Shown: positions 1-8,741 of the stretch, piece by piece | Layout: the number at the start of each line of letters is the position of its first letter | Numbering within the stretch: position 1 is the stretch's first letter | Assembly (NCBI GenBank): GCA_003247225.1 | Contig: QKAK01000162.1 | Location: forward strand, 1-55,431 | Direction of reading: 5' to 3' | Length of the DNA: 55,431 nt | Source: Spirochaetota bacterium | GTDB taxonomy: Bacteria > Spirochaetota > Spirochaetia > Treponematales > UBA12059 | The notes under the pieces: model-generated | What the model was told of the DNA's origin: nothing | The model's database searches: none | What the model saw: the letters and a program-made list of their open reading frames with translations, nothing else | Made by a program: the position numbers and the translations under genes

Positions 1-1071
1 ATCCAGACGGTGGTCGACGAGTTCCAGCCGGACCTGATCGCCAAGGCGATACGGCGGGAGGTCGAGCGCGACGGCCAGGTGTTCTTCCTCCATAACCGGG
101 TGCAGAGCCTCGACGACACTATGGCCTTCATCCAGCGGCTCGTTCCGGAGGTGATGGTCGAGAAGGCCCACGGGCAGATGGACGCGCGCGAGCTCGAGGA
201 CATCATGCACCGCTTCATCCACCGCGGCTTCCACGTGCTCGTCTCGACGACCATCATCGAGAACGGCATAGACATACCGAACGTCAACACGATCATCATC
301 GACCGGGCCGACATCTACGGCATCAGCCAGCTGTACCAGCTGCGCGGGCGGGTGGGGCGCTCGGACCGGCTCGCCTACGCGTACCTGTTCTACCCGGACG
401 GGCGCGCCCTGTCGGAGCTGGCGATGAAGCGCCTGCAGATCATCTCCGACTTCACCGACCTCGGCTCGGGCTTCAAGATAGCGATGAAGGACCTGGAGGT
501 GCGCGGCGCCGGTAACCTGCTCGGCCGCGAGCAGTCCGGCGATATCTACTCGGTCGGCTTCGACCTGTACCTGAAGCTGCTCGACGAGGCGGTCGCCCGC
601 CTGTCCGACGAGGGCTACAATCCGGAGGAGGAGCCGTACCTGGAGCTCGAGTACTCGGGCTACATACCGGACGACTATATCAGCCAGCAGGCGGTCAAGA
701 TGGAGATCTACAAGAAGATCGCGTCGATCATGTCGCAGGACGACCTCGAGGGGCTGTACCGCGAGCTGGAGGACCGCTTCGGGCCGGTGCCGGAGGACGC
801 CTCGAGCCTCCTGGCCCTCGCGGAGATACGCCTCCTGTGCAAGCGCCTGTCGATCGCCTCCCTCAAGGAGCGCAAGGGCTTCGTCACCGTCGAATTCTCC
901 AAGGTCTCGAAGATATCGGTCGACAGGCTGCTCAGGCTGATGAAGGAGAGCGGGCAGAAGATACGGCTCGACCCGCACCGGCCGAACGTGATGATGATAG
1001 CGACCGGACCGATAGGGCTCAAGGAGAAGAGCGAGTTCATACGCGAGAAGCTGGCCGCGCTGGCCGGCTAG
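1..1071 (+). CDS. mfd: Transcription-repair coupling factor, C-terminal part (5' end outside window)
   Basis: Helicase motifs GQVFFLHNRV, TTIIENGIDIPN and QLYQLRGRVGRS; TRG motif DLEVRGAGNLLG; C-terminal TRCF domain. The frame is open from position 1. Confidence 0.97.
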   Translation: MQTVVDEFQPDLIAKAIRREVERDGQVFFLHNRVQSLDDTMAFIQRLVPEVMVEKAHGQMDARELEDIMHRFIHRGFHVLVSTTIIENGIDIPNVNTIIIDRADIYGISQLYQLRGRVGRSDRLAYAYLFYPDGRALSELAMKRLQIISDFTDLGSGFKIAMKDLEVRGAGNLLGREQSGDIYSVGFDLYLKLLDEAVARLSDEGYNPEEEPYLELEYSGYIPDDYISQQAVKMEIYKKIASIMSQDDLEGLYRELEDRFGPVPEDASSLLALAEIRLLCKRLSIASLKERKGFVTVEFSKVSKISVDRLLRLMKESGQKIRLDPHRPNVMMIATGPIGLKEKSEFIREKLAALAG

Positions 1072-1102
1072 CGACGAGCGGCCGCGGGCGGGCCCGGCGG
1101 CC

Positions 1103-1915
1103 TCAGGCCGGCTGGTCCGGAGCGGCCGCCGGCTTGGCCGTGAAGCGCTCGGCGAAGCGGTACTGCTCGATGATCGATACGAGCTCGGAGGAGAACTGCA
1201 GCGCGACGCGTACCTTCTGGACGCCGTTCTGCAGCCTGGCGACCGAGGCCAAGGTCCCGGCCACCGTGAACTGGAAGCTCTGGAAGAACAGCTTGAGCTG
1301 GATGGGCTTGTCCTGCTCCAGGATCGGCCCGTTCATCGGCACGAGGAAGTCGGCGGAATCGCTGGCCAGCGCGAACAGCGCCACCTTGGCCTGGGCCCCG
1401 GCGTAGCCTATCGTGCAGTAGTTGTTGTAGCCCATCGTCTTGGCCGTATCGGGGTTGATCGATATCGGCTTGCCCTTGTAGTCGTCGTACTCTACCTTGA
1501 GGCGGTCGAGCAGCATGAAGTAGTCGATGAGCGTCTGTACGAGGTCGGGCGGGCAGGGCTTGAAGGCGACGTCGATCAGCCCGATCGACTCGCGGCCTTT
1601 CATCGGGCTGACCGAGCGCAGGAGGCAGCGGGCGAATATCTTCATAGGCGTCTGGGCGCCGCCCGGCTGGAACACGAGGGTCAGGCCCGCGAGCCCGTTG
1701 ACGTACTTCTGGAAGAACGCCAGCTCCTCGCGGGAGAACGACGCGACGAGGACGGCGCCGTTCATCGACAGGCGGTACGGCACGCAGATTATTCCGTAGG
1801 TGTCGAGCTTCACCACCGTCTGGCCCGGCTTGAGGCCCATCCGGGCCTGCGCGAACGGCGTAATCGCGGCGGTCTCGTTTTGGTATTGGGCTAACAGGTC
1901 CGTTTGATTATGCAT
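1103..1915 (-). CDS. PlzA-like PilZ-N/PilZ tandem-domain protein, c-di-GMP motifs degenerate
   Basis: Length and layout resemble spirochaete PlzA (CVPYRLSM ~ GVIYSISM; FKPCPPDLV ~ FLSPAPEEI; 'ISINPDTAKTMG' linker), but RxxxR and D/NxSxxG are absent. Confidence 0.6.
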   Translation of the reverse strand: MHNQTDLLAQYQNETAAITPFAQARMGLKPGQTVVKLDTYGIICVPYRLSMNGAVLVASFSREELAFFQKYVNGLAGLTLVFQPGGAQTPMKIFARCLLRSVSPMKGRESIGLIDVAFKPCPPDLVQTLIDYFMLLDRLKVEYDDYKGKPISINPDTAKTMGYNNYCTIGYAGAQAKVALFALASDSADFLVPMNGPILEQDKPIQLKLFFQSFQFTVAGTLASVARLQNGVQKVRVALQFSSELVSIIEQYRFAERFTAKPAAAPDQPA

Positions 1916-1924
1916 GGCGATTCC

Positions 1925-1952
1925 AGTGTAACCTCCAACGCCGAATCGTCAA
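1925..1952 (-). promoter_or_regulatory. Sigma-70-like promoter of the PilZ-like gene
   Basis: Minus strand TTGACG-N16-TACACT, 9 nt before the ATG at 1915. Confidence 0.5.
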
Positions 1953-2737
1953 GATCCGCGTCGTCGTCGTCCCGCCGCCCGATCGCGCGGCGGGGCTTCC
2001 CGTTTGCCGGCCGGCTCGCCCCGGCCGACGCCGGCCGCCGATAGGAGGAACACCGTCGGCGTCTTGCCGATGCGCTCGGGCCTCGCCCTCCAGTCGGCGG
2101 CCGTCATCCTGACGACGCGCTCCTCCGGCGTGGACAGGCCGACCGCGGCGCAGAACACGGTGTCGGGGGCCAGCACCGCGGCCGCGCTGGCCGCCACGGC
2201 GTCGTTGCGGTACGGCGTCTCGATGAAGGCCTGCGTCGAACCGTGCCGCCTCGAGTCGGCCTCTAGCCCGCGCAGGGCCGCCTCCCTGCCCGCCTGGTCG
2301 GGAGGCAGGTAGCCCGAGAACGCGAATCGCTGGCCGCCGAGGCCCGACGCCATGACCGCCATCAGGATAGAGCTCGGGCCGGGCAGGGGGACGACCCTGA
2401 TCCCCGCCGCGGCCGCCTCGGCCACCAGGGCCGCGCCCGGGTCGGCGACGCAGGGGCTGCCGGCCTCGGACAGTATGGCCGCGTCGCGGCCTGCCAGCAG
2501 CGGCGCCAGCAGGGCCCGTACGTCCTCCGGCCTCGTGTGCTCGTCGAGCACGCCGAAGCTCGACGCGTCGAGCGACTCCTGCGGCATGACTCGGCATAGG
2601 AAGCGCCTGGCGCTGCGCTCGTTCTCGACCACGAAGTCCCGGATACCGGCCACTATCCTCGGTATCCTCGGGGCCAGCTCGTCCATGGGGTCGCCGTCGC
2701 CTATCGGCACCGGCACCAGGTACAGCGCGCCGCTCAC
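1949..2737 (-). CDS. SAM-dependent methyltransferase, tetrapyrrole-methylase/RsmI-like family
   Basis: Motifs LYLVPVPIG, LSEAGSPCVADPG, PLPGPSS, FxGYLP and FIETPYRN. Confidence 0.88.
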   Translation of the reverse strand: MSGALYLVPVPIGDGDPMDELAPRIPRIVAGIRDFVVENERSARRFLCRVMPQESLDASSFGVLDEHTRPEDVRALLAPLLAGRDAAILSEAGSPCVADPGAALVAEAAAAGIRVVPLPGPSSILMAVMASGLGGQRFAFSGYLPPDQAGREAALRGLEADSRRHGSTQAFIETPYRNDAVAASAAAVLAPDTVFCAAVGLSTPEERVVRMTAADWRARPERIGKTPTVFLLSAAGVGRGEPAGKREAPPRDRAAGRRRRGS

Positions 2738-3570
2738 CTGCCGCCCTCCTGGACGCTGGCCAGGAACGACATGACGTAGGCGCCGAAGCGCTCCGCCAGC
2801 CGGGCGGGGAACCCCGCCTCTATCGCTCGTTCGCCGGCGGCCTCCCGGGCCTCCTCGACGTCTTTCACGGTCAACGGCAACCTCTTTCCGATCAGCGAAA
2901 GCTCCAGGGCCCGGTCCCGCGCCAGCGTCCTGCCCGACGCGATGAGCCTCAGCTCCGATATGGTCTCTTTCTCGAAACGGGCGGCCGCGGCGAAGGTCGA
3001 CGCGAAGGCGTCCCCTTTCGTCGGCTCGCCGAGCCTATGCAGCGCGAACGCGTCCCACGGGGCGGTGGGGACGCGTATCCTGGTCAGCAGGGTAGCGGCC
3101 GGGAACGCCGGCCGGCCATCCCCGCCGACGAGGGCGTGGATACCGCTCCAGCGGGAGCCGGAGGCGTCGCGGAGCTCCACGGTCGCGTCCATGCACGCCA
3201 GCGACGGGAAGCAGGTCATGAACGCGTCGCGCGAGGCGATGTTGCCGCCGAGCGTCGCCATGTTGCGGACCGTGGCCGTGCCGACGAGCCCGATCGCGTC
3301 GCGCAGCGGCTGGAGCGATAGGCTCCTCGGCAGGGCCTGTATCGTCGCCAGCCTGACGCAGGCGCCTAGCTCGAGGTAGCGATCCGAACGGCTGACGGCC
3401 CTCAGCTCGGGTATCCTGCCCAGGTCGAGCACCGAGACCGGGGCGTCGCCGGCCCCGCCGGACGTGAGGATCAGCGTCCCGCCGGCCCAGGGCAGCGCGT
3501 CGGGCCTGCGCTTCAATACGGCGACGGCCTCGGCCATCGTCTGCGGCGCGGATACCTCGTCAACGCGCAC
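2734..3570 (-). CDS. Xanthine dehydrogenase/CO dehydrogenase family FAD-binding (medium) subunit
   Basis: WAGGT and VRNMATLGGNI FAD-binding motifs; LELGACV. Confidence 0.85.
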   Translation of the reverse strand: MRVDEVSAPQTMAEAVAVLKRRPDALPWAGGTLILTSGGAGDAPVSVLDLGRIPELRAVSRSDRYLELGACVRLATIQALPRSLSLQPLRDAIGLVGTATVRNMATLGGNIASRDAFMTCFPSLACMDATVELRDASGSRWSGIHALVGGDGRPAFPAATLLTRIRVPTAPWDAFALHRLGEPTKGDAFASTFAAAARFEKETISELRLIASGRTLARDRALELSLIGKRLPLTVKDVEEAREAAGERAIEAGFPARLAERFGAYVMSFLASVQEGGR

Positions 3571-4045
3571 GGCCGTACTTCCCGCCGAGGCTAGACTCGA
3601 GCGCGGTCCTGACCGCCCCGAGGGCGCGGGACGGCGTCACGCAACGGCAGTACACCGACGACAGGACCTCCATGATCTCCTCCTCGGACGGCCGGCTCGC
3701 CGCGTCGATCAGCGAGCCGGCGGCCATGTACATCGCCGAGTCGCAGAAGCCGCAGAGCTCGGCGCCGGCCTCGCGGAACGAACGCTCGACGGTCGCGTAC
3801 GAGTCGGTGCTCTTGAAGCCCTCGTAGGTGACGACCTCGGTACCCCGCGCCTTGAATGCGGGTACCATGCACGAGTTGACCAGGAGCCCGTCGAGGAAGA
3901 CGACGCACTTGCCGCAGACGCCCTCGCGGCAATCGCTCATCAGGCTCGTCAGGCCGAAGCGTTCGCGCAGGAGGTCGGACAGCCGCTCGAGCGGATCGGC
4001 CTTCAGGCTCACGTCCTCCCCGTTCAGGATGAATTCAACTATCAC
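3560..4045 (-). CDS. Xanthine dehydrogenase family 2x[2Fe-2S] (small) subunit
   Basis: C-x4-C-x2-C-x11-C (CREGVCGKC...NSC) and CGFC...CRC clusters. Confidence 0.92.
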   Translation of the reverse strand: MIVEFILNGEDVSLKADPLERLSDLLRERFGLTSLMSDCREGVCGKCVVFLDGLLVNSCMVPAFKARGTEVVTYEGFKSTDSYATVERSFREAGAELCGFCDSAMYMAAGSLIDAASRPSEEEIMEVLSSVYCRCVTPSRALGAVRTALESSLGGKYGRAR

Positions 4046-6104
4046 GGTCGGCGCCCTCCGATCGGCGGCAGGTCGGCAGCGAGTTCCACGGCGAATCGAG
4101 CGCCTGGCTCAGCGCGTTGGCGAACGCGGCGGGCACGAGCGAGTAGGCCAGCTCCCCGATGCCCTTGGGGTCGGCGTCGTCGTCGACGAATTCTACCCGG
4201 ATAGGCGGCGCGTCCTTGGCCCGCCAGAGACCGTACCGCCTGAAGTCGCCCGGTTCCGCCGGCCCCGCGGACAGGTCGAGGCATTCGGCAACGCAGAGGC
4301 CGAGCGCCACGGCGGCGTCGCGCTCGAGGGCCTTGGCCGCGTCCTCCGGCGACAGCAGCCTGCCGGCCTTCGCCACGATCCAGATGCCGCGCACCGCGGG
4401 GCTCGAGTCGACCGGGTCGAGCTCGACCTCCACCACGGCCGCGCCCCAGGACGAGTCCTCGAGCGGCGATTCCGGGGCGGCCCTGGACGACCTGGCCCGC
4501 TGCGTCTTCTTGACGGTGATCGGCAGCGCCTCCCTGAAGCGCTTGGACGCGAGCCCCTCGCATGCCGACCCTATCAGGCGGGTCACGACGCCGATGCGCC
4601 TCGAGAACGCGTTCGGCCCCGAGTCCGGCGTCCCGTCGGTGCTCGGCGACGCGATCTCGACGGCGTCGGGCTGGAGCCCGAGCGCGGTCGCGGCGATGCG
4701 CTTCCAGATCCTCGTTACCGAGCCCGAGCCGGGCGCCACGCTCGAGCGTACGGTCAGCGTCGAATCCTTCGACAGGGTTACCTCGACCGAGGGCGACTGG
4801 GCGTCGCGGTAGGACAGCGTAGCGGCCGGCCTCTGGGGGCCGAAGGCCAGCCCTATGCCGTAGCCGGGCGGCGACGAGGGGTCCGGCCGCCGCTTCCGGA
4901 TCAGCTCGAACGACGAACGCTTACGGGGATAGTCGCTGATGGCCAGCAGCCTGCCGCAGACGGCCTCGAGCGGCGAGCCTTTCCTGAGCGGGACGCCGAA
5001 GGTCGTATCCCCGCGCCTCGCCGCGTTCATGGCGCGCCATTCGAACGGGTCCATGCCGGCGGCGTCGGCCAGGTCCTCCGCGAGGCGCTCGACGGCGAAG
5101 GCTACCGGCCCGGTACCCAGCCCGGTAAAGGCGCCCATGGGCGGCAGGTCGGTCGAGACGGCCAGGGCCGAGACGCGTAGGGCGGGGCAGGCGTAGGCGC
5201 CGGCGACGGCCTTGGCGGCCCGTTCGACCAGCGCCGCGCCGAACGGCGCGTAGGCGCCGGCGTTGATCATGACGCTCGCGTCCATCGCTACGAGCCTGCC
5301 CGAATCGTCGAGCCCCGCCCGGTACGAGACGAGGGTCGGCGCCCGCTTGGTCGTGTACATGAAGTCGTCGGCCCTCGATAGCACGAGGAGGGCGTTCTTG
5401 CCGCTCAGCCTCGCGGCGATCGCCGCGTGGCAGGCCAGCAGCGACGGGTACCACAGCTTGCCGTCCAGGTGGGAGCCGAGCTCCGTTGTCCTGACCACCA
5501 CCTCGTCCTTGCCGACCCCGAGGGCCTGGGCTACCGCGTCCCTGGTCTGGAATGGCCATTGGGTCGACGAGAAGACGATCAGCTTATCGTAGTCGAAGCC
5601 GGCGGCCGCGCCCTGGGGCTCCGGGTAGTAATGGTCCTGGGGGCCCATCCTGTATTCGCCGTCGACCACCCGGGCGGCCTTCGCCAGCGCCGCCTCGACG
5701 GAGCCGCCCTCGGCGGCGTACGAGGCGACGACCCTCGTCGACTCGCAGGTCTCGTACCCGAACGACGCGGGCTCCTCGTCCACCCGTACCGCGGTCATCG
5801 ATACGGCCTCGGCCACCCTGAGCCGGTCCGGCCCGACTATCAGCGCCACCGGCTCGCCGCGGTACGCGACGCGGCCCGAGGCGAGGACGGGCACCGACGC
5901 TCCGATGTTATCTATCCTCGCGGAACCGGGGATATCGTCCGCCGTGACGCTACGGTAGCCCCTCGGCAGGTGCGGCACGCTGATGGAGCGTATGGTTCCC
6001 CTCGAGGCCGGCGAGCGTACCGTGCCGACGTAGACCGCGTCGAGGAGCGGGAAGTCCGACAGGCGCCCCACGGTCGCGAGGCCGCTCGTCCGGGCCGCCT
6101 TCAT
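4035..6104 (-). CDS. Xanthine dehydrogenase family molybdopterin-binding (large) subunit, degenerate
   Basis: VRSP..RG, GEPVALIV, HYYPEP, STQ, GAY and KGIGE...PAAFANAL are present; several Moco motifs have diverged. Confidence 0.85.
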   Translation of the reverse strand: MKAARTSGLATVGRLSDFPLLDAVYVGTVRSPASRGTIRSISVPHLPRGYRSVTADDIPGSARIDNIGASVPVLASGRVAYRGEPVALIVGPDRLRVAEAVSMTAVRVDEEPASFGYETCESTRVVASYAAEGGSVEAALAKAARVVDGEYRMGPQDHYYPEPQGAAAGFDYDKLIVFSSTQWPFQTRDAVAQALGVGKDEVVVRTTELGSHLDGKLWYPSLLACHAAIAARLSGKNALLVLSRADDFMYTTKRAPTLVSYRAGLDDSGRLVAMDASVMINAGAYAPFGAALVERAAKAVAGAYACPALRVSALAVSTDLPPMGAFTGLGTGPVAFAVERLAEDLADAAGMDPFEWRAMNAARRGDTTFGVPLRKGSPLEAVCGRLLAISDYPRKRSSFELIRKRRPDPSSPPGYGIGLAFGPQRPAATLSYRDAQSPSVEVTLSKDSTLTVRSSVAPGSGSVTRIWKRIAATALGLQPDAVEIASPSTDGTPDSGPNAFSRRIGVVTRLIGSACEGLASKRFREALPITVKKTQRARSSRAAPESPLEDSSWGAAVVEVELDPVDSSPAVRGIWIVAKAGRLLSPEDAAKALERDAAVALGLCVAECLDLSAGPAEPGDFRRYGLWRAKDAPPIRVEFVDDDADPKGIGELAYSLVPAAFANALSQALDSPWNSLPTCRRSEGADRDS

Positions 6105-7270
6105 GCGCCCCGAGCCCCCGCGATGGCGAGCACGGAGTCCGCGACGCGCCGAGCCGCGTCGAGGCCCATGCCCTGCCAGATCGGCAGGCTGACGGTGCGC
6201 TCGAACGTGGCCATCGCGTTGGGCATATCCTCCGGCCCGAGGCCGTAGCGCTTGGCGTAGTAGGGCATGGTGTGGAGCGGGATGAAATGCACCGACGTGC
6301 CGACGCCGCGCTCGGAGAGCGCCTCGACGAGCTCGTCCCTGGGGACGCCGCCGCGTTCAGGCAGGGTCCGCAGGGAATACAGGTGCCACGCGTGGCCCTC
6401 GCCCCTCGGCGGCAACTCGAGCCCGCGGACGCCCGAGAAGGCCTCGTCGTACAGGGCCGCGATCGCCCTTCGCTCCTCGAGGAATCGCTCGGCCTTGGTC
6501 AGCTGGACCCGGCCGATAGCGGCGAGCAGGTCCGGCAGGTTGTACTTGAACCCGGCCTCGACGACCGAATAGCGCCATGACGCCTTCTTTGCGGTGTAGC
6601 GGTCCCAGGCCGCCCGGTCGAAGCCGTGCATGCGCATCTTCTCGACGCGGGCCGCGAGCCGCTCGTCGCGCGTGACGAGCATGCCGCCCTCGCCGGTGGT
6701 TATGGTCTTGGTCGCGTAGAACGAGTACACGCCCGCGTCGCCTATCGCGCCGGCGTAGCCGTCCGCGGTCTTCGACGGGAAGGCGTGGGCCGCGTCCTCG
6801 ACGAGGGCGCAGCCGTAGCGGTCGGCCAGGGCGCGGAGGGCGCGCAGGTCGCAGGGCAGGCCTCCCACGTGGACGGCGATGACCGCGCGGCAGTTCTTGG
6901 TCGTCGCGAGGAGCCTGCCGAGTGCGTCGGGATCTATGTTATACGATCCCGGCGCCACGTCGCAGAAGACTACCTCGGCGCCCAGGTGACGGACCACCGC
7001 CGCGCTCGAGGTGAAGGTGTAGGGGCTGGTGACGACGACGTCGCCGGGGCCGATGCCGAGCGCCTCGAGCGCCAGGTGCAGGCCGCTCGTCGCCGAGTTG
7101 ACGGCCAGGGCGCGGGGCGAGCCGACGAAGCCCGCGAATTCCTTCTCGAAGGCCAGGGCCTCTGCCCCGGTGGTAAGCCACCCGGAGCGCATCACGCGGA
7201 GGACGGCTTCCTCCTCCTCGGGGCCTATGGACGGCCGCGCGAACGGGATGAAGTCAGTATTCGGGTTCAT
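6101..7270 (-). CDS. DegT/DnrJ/EryC1/StrS family PLP-dependent sugar aminotransferase
   Basis: SGWLTTG, NSATSGLHLAL, EDAAHA, SFYATKTITTGEGG (catalytic Lys) and GFKYN. Confidence 0.95.
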   Translation of the reverse strand: MNPNTDFIPFARPSIGPEEEEAVLRVMRSGWLTTGAEALAFEKEFAGFVGSPRALAVNSATSGLHLALEALGIGPGDVVVTSPYTFTSSAAVVRHLGAEVVFCDVAPGSYNIDPDALGRLLATTKNCRAVIAVHVGGLPCDLRALRALADRYGCALVEDAAHAFPSKTADGYAGAIGDAGVYSFYATKTITTGEGGMLVTRDERLAARVEKMRMHGFDRAAWDRYTAKKASWRYSVVEAGFKYNLPDLLAAIGRVQLTKAERFLEERRAIAALYDEAFSGVRGLELPPRGEGHAWHLYSLRTLPERGGVPRDELVEALSERGVGTSVHFIPLHTMPYYAKRYGLGPEDMPNAMATFERTVSLPIWQGMGLDAARRVADSVLAIAGARGA

Positions 7271-8741
7271 CGGGATGCTCCTCTACCGTGGGGATGAAGG
7301 ACCTGAGCGCGGCCCGCAGCCGCCTGCGGTTGCGGTACGCGTCCGGCCGGCCGTCGCTCTTGAAGCATACCGGCTCGAGCGCGCGCATGGCCGCCTCGAG
7401 GTCGAAGCGGGGTCCGCGCCGCTCCAGGCGATTGATCTTCGGGAATTCGGTCGCCGCGAGGCTCTCGTCGGACGAGAAGAGCCGCTCCTCGAGCCGCTCG
7501 CCCGGCCGGAGCCCGATGTACTCGATCGCGATGTCGTCGTAGGGCCTGAGCCCGGAGAAGCGTATGACCTGCTCGGCCAGCTCGCGTATCAGGACGGGCT
7601 CGCCCATGTCCAGGAGGTACGACTCGCCGCCGGCGCCGACGCCGCCGGTCTTGAGCACGAGGGAGCAGGCCTCGGGTATGGTCATGAAGTAACGGCTGGC
7701 CGCCGGGTCGGTGACGGTCACCGGGCCTCCGCGCTCGACCTGGCCCTTGAACAGGGGCAGGATGGAGCCGCGCGAGCCGAGCACGTTGCCGAAGCGCACG
7801 ACCATGTAGTGCTCCCCGGCCCCGGCCCGCTCCTGCGCGTCGAGGGCTATGCGTTCCGACAGGAATTTGGACGCGCCGTAGACGCATAGCGGCTCGACCG
7901 CCTTGTCGGTGCTGATCAGGACGAAGCGCCTGACGCCGGCCGCGAGGCAGGCGTCGACGAGGTTCCTGGTGCCGAACGCGTTGTTCTCGATCGCGGCGAC
8001 CGTGTTGGCCTCCATCATCGGCACGTGCTTGTACGCAGCGGCGTGGAACACGACGTCGGCCTTGAGCCTGCGGCAGATGTCCGTCATGTAGTCGCGGTCC
8101 TTGAGCTCGCCTATGACGGGGACGATCGCGGTGGACACGCCGACGCCGCCCGACTGCAGGCCGCGCAGCTCGCGGTCTATCTGGTAGATCGAGTTCTCCC
8201 CGTGGCCGAACAGGTACAGCCGCTCGACCCCGGCCGACAGGAGCTGCCGCGCGAGCTCGGAGCCTATCGAGCCGCCGGCCCCGGTGACGATGACGCGCTT
8301 GCCCGCCAGCCACTCGATGCTCTTCTTGAGCCCGATCGCGACGGGGCTGCGCCCGAGCAGGTCCTGCGGGTCGATCTCGCGGGCCTGGACGAGGTGGGCG
8401 TCGCCCTCGACTATCTGCGCGACGTCCGGGAGTATGCGGATCCTGGCGAAGCCGGCGCGCTTGAGCGTGAAGTACAGCTCGCGCAGCAGCTCCCTCGGGG
8501 CGCTCGGCATCGCGATGACGGCCTCGTCGGCCGGTTCCCTGGCGAGCAGGCTGACCACGTCGCGTATCGGGCCGAGCACCGGCACGCCGTCTATCCGCTT
8601 GCCGAGCTTGCCCTCGTCGTCGTCGAGGAACGCGACGATGGTGCCGAGGACGGCCTTGGCCCGGATCTCGCGCGCTATCGCGCGCCCGGCGAAGCCGGCG
8701 CCGACGATGTATATCCTAGGATTGTCCGGGGTGCTCTCCAT
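7254..8741 (-). CDS. CapD/PglF-like nucleotide-sugar 4,6-dehydratase (no N-terminal membrane domain)
   Basis: GAGFAG CoA-binding-like domain, DLLGR, TGAGGSIGSEL, HAAAYKHVP, STDKAV, YGASK, RFGNVLGSRGS and GLRPGE. Confidence 0.93.
   Translation of the reverse strand: MESTPDNPRIYIVGAGFAGRAIAREIRAKAVLGTIVAFLDDDEGKLGKRIDGVPVLGPIRDVVSLLAREPADEAVIAMPSAPRELLRELYFTLKRAGFARIRILPDVAQIVEGDAHLVQAREIDPQDLLGRSPVAIGLKKSIEWLAGKRVIVTGAGGSIGSELARQLLSAGVERLYLFGHGENSIYQIDRELRGLQSGGVGVSTAIVPVIGELKDRDYMTDICRRLKADVVFHAAAYKHVPMMEANTVAAIENNAFGTRNLVDACLAAGVRRFVLISTDKAVEPLCVYGASKFLSERIALDAQERAGAGEHYMVVRFGNVLGSRGSILPLFKGQVERGGPVTVTDPAASRYFMTIPEACSLVLKTGGVGAGGESYLLDMGEPVLIRELAEQVIRFSGLRPYDDIAIEYIGLRPGERLEERLFSSDESLAATEFPKINRLERRGPRFDLEAAMRALEPVCFKSDGRPDAYRNRRRLRAALRSFIPTVEEHPDEPEY

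Noticed and set aside
2734-6104. Selenocysteine or stop-codon readthrough in the XDH-like genes
   Set aside because: All three ORFs are continuous, with no in-frame TGA requiring recoding.
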